Positions 25,662 through 34,753 of a stretch of DNA of 64,000 nt are shown here, piece after piece. The notes beneath the pieces were generated by a model, which saw nothing but the letters and a program-made list of their open reading frames with translations, searched no databases and was not told the DNA's origin. Each line of letters opens with the position of its first letter. The stretch's first letter is position 1. The position numbers and the translations under genes are program-made. The DNA lies in IMG/VR virus record IMGVR_UViG_3300046787_000508, positions 138,895-202,894 of that record; one strand, given 5' to 3'. This stretch comes from a virus. Lineage: Duplodnaviria > Caudoviricetes.

Positions 25662-27734
25662 ATGGAATTGACTAAGAACATCGTCGCTCTACAAAAAGGT
25701 CTTGTAGTACCATCTAACGACGGGATGGATAACAGAATTGCAGTTTCAACTGTACAAACTCACTTAATGGAGTGGGGTTATATGTTAGACCAAGACGCTT
25801 TCACAGAATTATCAAAATCAGACTTATCGGTTATCGTTAAATTCAATGACGAAGTAATTTCATATTTGAAAAACGTAATGGGAGGTAAAAGAGATTACCA
25901 ACCACTTTACAAAAACTTCCCTGAAGAAGTTATGTCATTATCCGATTACGAATTATATTTCAACGCCATTGTTCATTATTGGTCAAATGGTAATTGGGAA
26001 CCATCAACTGTTACATACGAGAAACCAATTAAATTTGAGAAAATCAAATATACGTTGATTAAGTTTGCAACACCTGAAAGATTCTCACAAATCTTTACTG
26101 ATTTAGTTTCAATTAACACATCATTATCTCCACAAGATATGTCAATTATTCAATGGTTTGTGAATAGCGGTGAGAAACTTGTTTTCCCAGATGTTATTCC
26201 ATTCAAAGAGAATCTTTGTACATTAGCGTCAATGGGAATTGAAGGTTTACCTGTTAAAACGACAACGGATGTATTAAGAATTGCGGTATCATTATCTGGT
26301 GGGGATATTTCATTACCTAAATTACCATTTAAAGAAGTTAGAGCAAGTCGTTGGACAACTCAAAAAGTTGATAACCCGGCAAGAGAATTGTTTAAATTTA
26401 AAAAGTTCACTCGTAAAGAGAGAAAATACCTTTTAGGTTTATTAGAACAGACAAACTGTGATGCAAGAGAAATGGTTCTTAGAGACCAAAGATGGATTCG
26501 TTTAGGTGAAATTTTACATCCGGGTGAATATAAAACAAAATTCCCTAAATCCGCTGAGGTGTTTAACAAAATCAGAAATGAGAAAGTTAAATCTTGGTAT
26601 GGAATATTGAACGATTCATTCAAGAAAGGATTGGAAGACGGTTTGAAAGTTTTATCACAAAGACCGGGTGAATTCTCACGTAGAATTGATTGGTTAATTA
26701 GAACTAACCCAAACCAATTGGATTTAATCATGTCTTATTTCAATGAGTCCGTTAAAGGAACATCGAATAAAGTATTATTTGAAGTGTATGGTCATTTCGA
26801 AGGTAGATTAGAACCAAAGAATAATCGTTCGGTTATGATTAAAGGAGCAAGAAAACGTACCGAATTACCATCATTACCTGCATTGTCAAACGATACAGTA
26901 GAAATGATTCATTCAAAACTTTTTGAAACTCTTAAAGATAAATTCTCAACATTAGAACCGTTAGGTGATTGTTGGATTGATGAGGAATTGAAAAAGATTC
27001 CATTACCGACAAATATGAGAAGTATGAACTTTTCAACTAAACCAGTTTTACGTGGTCAAAGAACACCGTTGGATAATCCTGACGCTAAAGTAATTAGACC
27101 TTTCGTTCATTGGAATGATAAAACGGGTAATGAAGATTTGGATTTAAGTGTTACCTTTGTTGGGGACTCGAATAATGTACTTTCTTTCAGTAATATGAAG
27201 GTTGGTAATTCGGTTCACTCAGGTGATGTTAGACATAGACAAGGACCTTGTGCTGAGTATATCGATATTGATATTGCCGACGCTAAATCACGTGGATTCA
27301 AATACGCTATTATTGATGTGAGAAACTATAATGGTCGTTCATTGAAATCTGTGGAATCTACATTTGGTATTATGGAAAGAGAATTTCCAGAATCAAATAA
27401 GACTTGGTTACCTGAAACTATGGTCGGTGCACAATCATTGGAATCTGAATCATCTAATACGTTAATCGCGATTGTTGATTTATACACCAAAGAGTACATT
27501 ATGTTGGATATAGATTCTGACGGTGAGGTTACCGCAAGAGGTGACGTTAAGAACACTTTGAAGATGATTGAGCAATATGCTAAACCACCAAAGGTAAGTG
27601 TATATGATTTAGTTCTATTACACGTTGAAGGGAGAGGTAGACAAGTGACATTAGATTCTAATGTTAACACCTACTTCAAATTCGAAGACTTTATGACTTC
27701 GTATGAACAAACAGGAAAATTAATGGGTGTGTAA
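25662..27734 (+). CDS. 690-aa protein: long alpha-helical region plus C-terminal TerD-like beta domain
   Basis: RPGEFSRRIDWLIR; RPFVHWND...EDLDLSV...HSGDVR...AEYIDID (TerD-like); TACATTTG promoter at 25605-25612. Confidence 0.7.
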   Translation: MELTKNIVALQKGLVVPSNDGMDNRIAVSTVQTHLMEWGYMLDQDAFTELSKSDLSVIVKFNDEVISYLKNVMGGKRDYQPLYKNFPEEVMSLSDYELYFNAIVHYWSNGNWEPSTVTYEKPIKFEKIKYTLIKFATPERFSQIFTDLVSINTSLSPQDMSIIQWFVNSGEKLVFPDVIPFKENLCTLASMGIEGLPVKTTTDVLRIAVSLSGGDISLPKLPFKEVRASRWTTQKVDNPARELFKFKKFTRKERKYLLGLLEQTNCDAREMVLRDQRWIRLGEILHPGEYKTKFPKSAEVFNKIRNEKVKSWYGILNDSFKKGLEDGLKVLSQRPGEFSRRIDWLIRTNPNQLDLIMSYFNESVKGTSNKVLFEVYGHFEGRLEPKNNRSVMIKGARKRTELPSLPALSNDTVEMIHSKLFETLKDKFSTLEPLGDCWIDEELKKIPLPTNMRSMNFSTKPVLRGQRTPLDNPDAKVIRPFVHWNDKTGNEDLDLSVTFVGDSNNVLSFSNMKVGNSVHSGDVRHRQGPCAEYIDIDIADAKSRGFKYAIIDVRNYNGRSLKSVESTFGIMEREFPESNKTWLPETMVGAQSLESESSNTLIAIVDLYTKEYIMLDIDSDGEVTARGDVKNTLKMIEQYAKPPKVSVYDLVLLHVEGRGRQVTLDSNVNTYFKFEDFMTSYEQTGKLMGV

Positions 27735-27758
27735 TACCACCCATTATTAAAATATATT

Positions 27759-28408
27759 GTGGCTATGTGTTATGTTACTTCTAAACTTTTAATTGGCTAA
27801 AAACATACATACACTCTTTCCACTTTTTAAAAATTATTGCGGCTATGTGAGATTCCAAAAGGATAACCATTAACCACATTTACTTGAGACGGGATGTTTC
27901 CGTAATGTGGTCTTAGATTAGGTGAAAGTACGGGAACAAAGGTCTTACTTCTAACATACAAATTAAGATAACACGTTAGACACACTTTTTCCGCAAAACT
28001 TATAAACGGCTATACATATTCTTACTTCTATCCAAACTTTTACTTTGACAATAGATTTGTGATTTCCGTTTTTTATTACGTTCTTTGAAAAAATATTTGG
28101 CTATAGATTGTGTTACTTCTATATGGTTAATCTTGGTTCGAATCCAAGTCATACCTGTAACAGGGTAAGATTTTTACACAACTAATCTCCAAATAAATTA
28201 TATTTTAATGGCTATGTGGGCGTGAATTGGTATAATATTTACATATCAACCACGGACTGGTTACTTCTACATCATCTGCGGGGAACTCAGCTTCGCCGCA
28301 ACCATAACAATTAACCAGCACAGTTTCCATTAAAAACTTATATCGGCTATGAATCGAGTTACTTCTAAAAACTATCAATAATGAAAACTCACTCATCCAA
28401 TTTCCGAT
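27759..28408 (+). ncRNA. array of six structured ncRNA-like units with conserved GGCTAT...TTACTTCTA
   Basis: Units 27759-27823, 27838-27995, 28005-28070, 28094-28195, 28206-28332, 28342-28408; each has covarying terminal pairing (GTGG/CCAC, TGCGG/CCGCA, AACGG/CCGTT, TATTTGG/CCAAATA, TAATGG/CCATTA, ATCGG/CCGAT). Confidence 0.75.
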
Positions 28409-28420
28409 TAATTTAAAATG

Positions 28421-28546
28421 AGGGTGGTAGCTCAGTTGGTAGAGCACGTATTCACTGGTTTAATTACCGTTTATATGGCTATATTCACAGTTACTTCTAT
28501 TAGGCTGTTAACCTCGTGGTCGTGAGTTCGAATCTCACCCACCCTC
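28421..28546 (+). ncRNA. tRNA-Asn(GTT) scaffold with 53-nt insertion carrying the seventh GGCTAT...TTACTTCTA motif
   Basis: AGGGTGG/CCACCCT acceptor, perfect D and T arms; CG[28449-28501]AGG-CTGTTAA-CCTCG. Confidence 0.75.
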
Positions 28547-28583
28547 CTATAATAAACAATAAACAACAATTAAAACAACAAAA

Positions 28584-29030
28584 ATGGCAACATCAAAAAC
28601 AACAGATGAAAAAGTTAAAGATTTATTTAACTCAGTACAAGAAAAAAAATTAGCAATTGAAAAGGCAGAAAGACCTTGTTGGTTGACTTCGGGTAATTTT
28701 GGTTACTCAACAAATTCAGCTCACGATAGAATCAATGTTCAAATCGTTAGTGATTATCGCAAAATAGTGGAAATGTACGCATTTCTTATTGATAGAAAAG
28801 AGAAGTCTGAAAAATCTGCAAATGAACTTGGAGTAGATTATAAATTTACTTGGTTAGGATTTACGGTTGACGAATGGAAAAACGATTTTCAAACAAGAGT
28901 TAATCAACTTTCAATTCAAGAAAAACGTAACGAACTTGCAGAAATCGAAGCTCGTTTAAATGCTATTATCTCACCAGATTTAAGAGCTCAAATGGAACTT
29001 GAAGCAATTTCTAAATTGCTTGATAAGTAA
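28584..29030 (+). CDS. hypothetical coiled-coil protein
   Basis: ORF directly after the ncRNA array. Confidence 0.75.
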   Translation: MATSKTTDEKVKDLFNSVQEKKLAIEKAERPCWLTSGNFGYSTNSAHDRINVQIVSDYRKIVEMYAFLIDRKEKSEKSANELGVDYKFTWLGFTVDEWKNDFQTRVNQLSIQEKRNELAEIEARLNAIISPDLRAQMELEAISKLLDK

Positions 29031-29110
29031 GTTTTCTTAGTTTCGTAAAACTAAGTGGTGGAATCGTCGTCAGTAAACTGTCGGCCCCAATAAAAAGGCT
29101 AGAAGGAATT

Positions 29111-29428
29111 CTAGTCTTTTTTGTTTATAGAAGTGTTGTCTTTATATGCGGAATTAACCTCGTATTTTGTAACACCGTGAGTTCTGGCAATATAAGCCTT
29201 TACAGGTTCAATTGCCGATTCAGTGTTATGGTAAGAATAACAATGTGGAACTAAATCTTTTGGTCCACAAATTTTACCTCCACTTTTTGTATTACTAACT
29301 GAACAATTGGCGTGTGATTCGGCCCAAGATAATACTCTTTTGAGTTCTTTACTGTTATGTGGACCTTCCATGATGAAGTTATCCAATACCTTTTTAATTT
29401 GTGATTCAGTTAAAATAATAGTCTTCAT
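29111..29428 (-). CDS. hypothetical protein with IILTESQ N-terminal motif
   Basis: MKTIILTESQIKKVL; TATTTAT upstream. Confidence 0.7.
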   Translation of the reverse strand: MKTIILTESQIKKVLDNFIMEGPHNSKELKRVLSWAESHANCSVSNTKSGGKICGPKDLVPHCYSYHNTESAIEPVKAYIARTHGVTKYEVNSAYKDNTSINKKD

Positions 29429-29487
29429 ATATCGATAATATTAAATAAATATTTGGTTTTTTAAATAAAAAAACGTATATTTTCATT

Positions 29488-30240
29488 ATGAGAATAGTTT
29501 GTATATCCGACACGCACGGTCTTCATAACATTATGGAGGATTATAACCAATTACCGAAAGGTGATATTCTTATTCATGCGGGTGATTGTACAAACGTTGG
29601 TAAACCTCAAGAAGTGATAAACTTTGTTGAATGGTTTATGAACGTAAAAGGATTTAGTAGTAAGATTTTTATTGCGGGTAATCACGATTTTGCGTTTGAA
29701 AAAAAGAATTTACCTCACCATAGAGGTGACTTCGATTGGTATTGGAATCTAATGAATGAAGAAAATCTAACCCAATCAGATGTTATTTATTTGGAAGACA
29801 ATGAATTCGTTATTGAATCTTCTGAGTTTTCTAAACCCATAAAAATTTACGGGACACCATGGCAACCAGAATTTTATAATTGGGCATTTAACCTACCAAG
29901 ACAAGGAAAAGAACTTGAGGAAAAATGGTCAAAAATTCCTGATGATACTGATATTTTAATTTCACATTCCCCACCTCATGGTTGTCGAGATTTTGTTAAA
30001 GATAGATTTGGACCAACCTCAGTTGGTTGTGAATTATTGAGACATAGGGTTGAACAAATAAAACCAATACTTAACATATTTGGACATATACATGAGGCGT
30101 ATGGATGTGTGTACGTTAAAGACACCGCACATATTAACGCATCAATATGTGATGAAAGATATGTTCCTAAAAATAAACCAATAATAATAGACCTTATTGA
30201 AATAGAAGGTATTTTAACACCAATTTTTATAGATGAGTAA
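29488..30240 (+). CDS. calcineurin-like metallophosphoesterase (MPPED/239FB type)
   Basis: ISDTH, HAGD, IAGNHD, SHSPP, FGHIHE motifs. Confidence 0.9.
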   Translation: MRIVCISDTHGLHNIMEDYNQLPKGDILIHAGDCTNVGKPQEVINFVEWFMNVKGFSSKIFIAGNHDFAFEKKNLPHHRGDFDWYWNLMNEENLTQSDVIYLEDNEFVIESSEFSKPIKIYGTPWQPEFYNWAFNLPRQGKELEEKWSKIPDDTDILISHSPPHGCRDFVKDRFGPTSVGCELLRHRVEQIKPILNIFGHIHEAYGCVYVKDTAHINASICDERYVPKNKPIIIDLIEIEGILTPIFIDE

Positions 30241-31771
30241 CATCGTATCAGTTGTAGTCTCAACAAGAAAAAAAGACGAATCGTATTATAATCACATTAG
30301 AAAAGTGTTCTCGAATCCAAAGACTGAAATCTTAATTTATGAGAATGACGGTGAAATGTCATTACCTGAAGTTTATAATAAAGGTTTAGAACAAAGCACA
30401 AATGAAATTGTGGTTTTCATGCATGACGACTTACAAATCGATTCTAAGAATATTGGTGAGAAGATATGTAAGATTTTCCAAAAGAATCCTGAGTATGGTA
30501 TTATAGGTCTTGCCGGAACCACTGATTTGGTAAATGGTAAATGGTGGGAGATTAGAAAATCAATGTACGGTAAAGTTGGACATGAGAAGGACGGTAGAAA
30601 ATGGTTATCAAAATATTCAAACGAATCCTTCGCCGACACGTTAAAAGAAGTTGTGGTGATTGATGGACTTTTTATGATGGTTCATAAAGGAAGAATAAAA
30701 AATACATTTGATACTGATTTTAAAGGATTTCACTTCTATGATATTCCGTTCTGTGTGTCTAATCACATTAACGGTGTTAAAATTGGTGTAACCACTAAAT
30801 TTGATATAACTCATAAATCAATCGGTGAAACTAATTTACAATGGGAAGAGAATAAAATCCAATTTGAAGAAAAGTTTAAAGATATTCTTCCATTGAAGAT
30901 GACAAACAACAAGAGTTTTGAAGAAAGATTAAACTATTCAAAAGACAGTATCGGTGTTGGTATGGTTACATATAATGCTGAACATAGAATTAGACAATCA
31001 TCGATAACTGTTCCTTTATGGGTGAAACATTTTGTTATTGTAAATGATGGTACACCATACACTGAAGGTTCGTATCCCGAAAACGCACATATCATCCAAC
31101 ACGAAACAAATAAGACTGTCGGTCAAGCTAAAAATAGTGCAATTGATTACTTAATGTCCCAAGGATGTGAACACATTTTTATTATGGAGGACGATGTCCT
31201 TATTAAAGATGAGAACGTATTTGACAAATACATTAAGACATCAATTAACACTGGAATTAAACACCTAAACTACGCACTACAAGGTCCGGCAAATAGAAAG
31301 GGATATCAATCATTCAATACTTTAGATGAACGTGCCAAAATGGAAGTTGATAATGACCCAAACCCAAGAGAGGTTGTTAAGTATTCAGATGACACTGAAG
31401 TTGCGTTATATCCAAACTGTGTGGGGTCATTCTCATATTACCAACGAGAAGTGTTAGAAAGTATCGGTGGGTTTGACAGTGAGTATAAAAATGCGTGGGA
31501 ACACGTTGACCACACCGTAATGGCATTTAAAAATGGATTTACAACACCTTTTTGGTGGTTTGCCGATATTAATAAATCGTGGGAGTACATTGACGATATT
31601 GAGAACTGTATTGCCGAATCAACAATTGGTCATACACCTGAGTGGCAGGCTAATAGTGTTAAGGGTTTTAAACATTTTGAAAAGAAACATGGAATGGGTC
31701 CAACCCAAATTCCAGACACATCTAAAGAGACCTTACATAAGATTTTGACCAATCTTTACCAATTTAGGTAA
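30233..31771 (+). CDS. tandem GT2-like glycosyltransferase
   Basis: VFMHDD and FIMEDD DxD-type motifs in two GT-A domains. Confidence 0.8.
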   Translation: MSNIVSVVVSTRKKDESYYNHIRKVFSNPKTEILIYENDGEMSLPEVYNKGLEQSTNEIVVFMHDDLQIDSKNIGEKICKIFQKNPEYGIIGLAGTTDLVNGKWWEIRKSMYGKVGHEKDGRKWLSKYSNESFADTLKEVVVIDGLFMMVHKGRIKNTFDTDFKGFHFYDIPFCVSNHINGVKIGVTTKFDITHKSIGETNLQWEENKIQFEEKFKDILPLKMTNNKSFEERLNYSKDSIGVGMVTYNAEHRIRQSSITVPLWVKHFVIVNDGTPYTEGSYPENAHIIQHETNKTVGQAKNSAIDYLMSQGCEHIFIMEDDVLIKDENVFDKYIKTSINTGIKHLNYALQGPANRKGYQSFNTLDERAKMEVDNDPNPREVVKYSDDTEVALYPNCVGSFSYYQREVLESIGGFDSEYKNAWEHVDHTVMAFKNGFTTPFWWFADINKSWEYIDDIENCIAESTIGHTPEWQANSVKGFKHFEKKHGMGPTQIPDTSKETLHKILTNLYQFR

Positions 31772-31818
31772 TATTTATATATATAAAATTAAAAACTAAA
31801 AATTAAAAACAAAAAATT

Positions 31819-32109
31819 ATGACATTATTATTAATTATTTTAGCAGCTGTAATTGGAATTTCAATAGCGTTCTTTGCAATGAAGAAAGGTATGATTGAAG
31901 ATAAAGACGGTAATAACATTCCCGATGTTATTGATGTAAAAATCGAAGAAACAAAAGAAGTTGTTAAAGAGGTTAAAAAAAGAGCAAAACGAATTAAAGA
32001 AGAAGTATCTGATGTTGTTGAAGCCTCTAAAGAAGTTACTAAACAAATTAAAGGTGTTGCTAAAGCAGCAAAAGGTGAACCAAGAGTTGGTAGAAAACCA
32101 AAAAAATAA
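31819..32109 (+). CDS. membrane-anchored coiled protein
   Basis: N-terminal TM, DKDGNNIPD motif, Lys/Glu-rich helix. Confidence 0.65.
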   Translation: MTLLLIILAAVIGISIAFFAMKKGMIEDKDGNNIPDVIDVKIEETKEVVKEVKKRAKRIKEEVSDVVEASKEVTKQIKGVAKAAKGEPRVGRKPKK

Positions 32110-32178
32110 ATTATTTTATGATATAATTTGTTTTATAAATTAATTTATATTACATTTGTATCAGTTCTTTAAAATAAT

Positions 32179-32585
32179 GGGGATGCTTTGGAATTGATTT
32201 CAAGTATCGGGGATAAATGGCATGTAGTCAGACTTCATCTATGACTTAAATCTATGGTGGAAAACTTTTAGACGGCAACGTTTACAACAACATGGAGACT
32301 GCAGGTATTCTTGCAACTTCAAACGTAGCAGTAGCCTAAGGCCAAACTACATCGGGTCGAATAACACATAACCTAGGAACAGAAGTTATCAAGGTGTAAT
32401 ACCACCAAAAGATGTATTAGGAGTCTCGTTCAGGGTGCTACTCCAACACAAGTGAATCCGACACAGTTATTGGTAACGATGTTAAAATAGGAACCAATTA
32501 TTTGTCAGTTGAGAATTAACTGAATAAACATGTAGTCATTTATTGTTGAGCGGGAAAGACCGGAGTTCGAGTCTCCGCATCTCCA
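32179..32585 (+). ncRNA. ssrA: tmRNA
   Basis: 5' GGGGATG...GGAATTGA, 3' GACCGGAGTTCGAGTCTCCGCATCTCCA; tag ORF 32274-32339 GNVYNNMETAGILATSNVAVA*; TACATTTG promoter at 32151; adjacent smpB. Confidence 0.92.
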
Positions 32586-32590
32586 CTTAT

Positions 32591-32613
32591 AAAGGGTCTT
32601 AGGACCCTTTTTT
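32591..32613 (+). terminator. terminator after tmRNA
   Basis: AAAGGGTC-TTAG-GACCCTTT plus T run. Confidence 0.7.
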
Positions 32614-32624
32614 AATTTATTAAA

Positions 32625-33062
32625 ATGAAAAATATCATAGATAACCGTAAATCGTATTTTAACTATTCCATTGAGGACAAGTACACGGCAGGTGTTCAAT
32701 TAATTGGGACAGAAATAAAATCTATTCGTGAAGGTAAATTAAACTTTAACGATTCATTTTGTTTGTTTATTAATGGTGAACTATTTGTCCGTGGAATTTA
32801 TATTTCCGACTATTCTTTTGGTGTTAAACATGAGAATGTACGAGATAGGAAGTTACTATTGTCTAAAAAAGAATTAAATAAGATACAAGAATCGGTAAAA
32901 GAGAAAGGATATACTATAGTACCCCTAAAAGGATACTTTACAGACACGAACTATTTTAAAATAGAAATCGGTATTGGTAAAGGTAAAAAGTCCTACGATA
33001 AGAGGGAAACCATTAAAAAAAGGGACACTGAAAGAGAAATCAGGAGATTGGTAACTACCTAA
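32625..33062 (+). CDS. smpB: SsrA-binding protein SmpB
   Basis: NRKSYFNY.IEDKYTAG.QL.GTEIKSIR...RDRKLLL...GKGKKSYDKRETIKKRD. Confidence 0.95.
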   Translation: MKNIIDNRKSYFNYSIEDKYTAGVQLIGTEIKSIREGKLNFNDSFCLFINGELFVRGIYISDYSFGVKHENVRDRKLLLSKKELNKIQESVKEKGYTIVPLKGYFTDTNYFKIEIGIGKGKKSYDKRETIKKRDTEREIRRLVTT

Positions 33063-33176
33063 ACGAACAAAAGGTCCGAAGACCCTTTGCCGAGATTAAG
33101 ATACCTCCTTTTCGTTTAATATTCATTATCGATTAATGGCGACCAAACCATTAACCTCTAATATAAATATCTCAAA

Positions 33177-34106
33177 TTATACAAATCTCGCGATTGCTTT
33201 CAATGCATTTATACCCATAAAACTACCAACCGCAGCTCCGATACCTGGTTCGGAACTATCTTGTTGTGGTACAGGTAGTTGTTGTGTTTGTTGTAATGAT
33301 GACATTTCTTCAGGTGTTGTGGTTTGTTGCACAAACTGAGCAAATTGTGGATTTTTCATTAACATTTCTGCCTCTGAAGGGTTTGACATTTTTCTTTCCA
33401 AATCCTCAATGTTAAAAATTCCTAATGCACCTAAGAAATTACTACCAAGTAATAATCTTTTTACAACTGCACGTCTCGCCATTTTACCTTTATAAACAAC
33501 GTTCCACCATCTTGATAACCAATTTGTTGGTGTTAGTCCACCTGTTTTAATCATGTATTTTTGTAGTGCGTCTCTTTGGAATGTTTGTTTAAGAGTTTTA
33601 CCCACACCATTTTTTAAAACCTCCCCTGTCTTAGCTGCCGTAGATTCAATCTTAGAAGCTAACCCAACATGTAAATTTCTTGCTGAATTCATTTCACCAC
33701 CCCATTTACCTGACACTTTTGAAACATCTCCAATTAGTTTATCAACTTTTGGGTTCGTAAAATATTTCGATGCTTTGGCGTAATTTGCTCTAGCGACCGG
33801 ATTCTCAGCTAAAAATTTAGTAAATGTCGACGCAGTTCTAAACGCTCCCATACCTTTACCCATTTTAAGTATTGGTTTAATTAAGAAGTCACCAACTGTA
33901 GGTATTAATGCAAATAACATTAATCCCGCCTCAATGTATCGCTTTTCTCTTAAGAACTTTATAATAAGAATAACATCGGCTATTTCACCTATCACAGGAA
34001 CAAATCCTGCAATCATTAATGCATTCTCGAAGAAACTCTCATCCAAATCCTGATTCACTTCGAACACTTCAGATTTGATATATTTTTTTTGTTTTATATT
34101 TTCCAT
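33177..34106 (-). CDS. protein with pre-toxin-TG-like hydrophobic hairpin, putative virion-internal protein
   Basis: ALMIAGFVPVIGEIADVILII...EAGLMLFALIPTVGD. Confidence 0.55.
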   Translation of the reverse strand: MENIKQKKYIKSEVFEVNQDLDESFFENALMIAGFVPVIGEIADVILIIKFLREKRYIEAGLMLFALIPTVGDFLIKPILKMGKGMGAFRTASTFTKFLAENPVARANYAKASKYFTNPKVDKLIGDVSKVSGKWGGEMNSARNLHVGLASKIESTAAKTGEVLKNGVGKTLKQTFQRDALQKYMIKTGGLTPTNWLSRWWNVVYKGKMARRAVVKRLLLGSNFLGALGIFNIEDLERKMSNPSEAEMLMKNPQFAQFVQQTTTPEEMSSLQQTQQLPVPQQDSSEPGIGAAVGSFMGINALKAIARFV

Positions 34107-34111
34107 TTTAA

Positions 34112-34747
34112 TTAGTTTTTCCAAATGGCACCACATACTTTTTCTGCGATACCTTCACCTAAGTTTGATTGTCTTAACACATCGGCAAATACGTTTCTTA
34201 ATGCAACCCCACCGATATCTTGTCTAATGTTCATTGGTCTTTCTCCTGTTTGTAAATAAGCCACAACACCTTCAATTACTGCGTCCGATATTCCTGGCAT
34301 ACCTTCAGGTGCCAAACAGAATTCTTTACTTTTAAATACCTTTAATAGGTCTCTAACATCGTAATCCGCTAAAACTGCTGAGATGAAAGTCGCTGCACCT
34401 GCACCCATACCTAAACTTGTTAATAACCACTTAAGTATTTGTTCTTTTACTCCTGATAATCCGCCACCAAATAACGCACTTAAAACATTTGTTTTATCCC
34501 AAGTATCTGCTGCCATACCACCAATACCTTGTTTTAACCTATCAGTTAAACTCTGCTCCACTAATGGTTCTATTTCTTCTAATGTATAACCTTCTTCCAT
34601 CAAATTATCCGCAATTTGGATATATGATTGAATGAAGAATCCCTCATCAGAAATATCTGATAAGGGTTTCAACGATTCTGTTAGATAATTTGTACGAGAT
34701 TGTTCTTTTTGAAGTTCTTCTCTGATTTTTTTCTTAATATCGTTCAT
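34112..34747 (-). CDS. hypothetical helical protein
   Basis: ORF in minus-strand operon. Confidence 0.75.
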   Translation of the reverse strand: MNDIKKKIREELQKEQSRTNYLTESLKPLSDISDEGFFIQSYIQIADNLMEEGYTLEEIEPLVEQSLTDRLKQGIGGMAADTWDKTNVLSALFGGGLSGVKEQILKWLLTSLGMGAGAATFISAVLADYDVRDLLKVFKSKEFCLAPEGMPGISDAVIEGVVAYLQTGERPMNIRQDIGGVALRNVFADVLRQSNLGEGIAEKVCGAIWKN

Positions 34748-34753
34748 TATTAT

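Noticed and set aside
27759-28546. CRISPR array interpretation of the repeated motif
   Set aside because: The repeat is bipartite and short, unit lengths vary from about 65 to 160 nt, variable parts base-pair within each unit, and no cas gene is visible
21140-28546. Group I/II introns in the expanded tRNA-like genes
   Set aside because: Inserts are only about 50 nt, far below ribozyme size, and lack the conserved core motifs
32505-32699. 64-aa minus-strand ORF
   Set aside because: Overlaps the tmRNA 3' end and smpB start on the opposite strand
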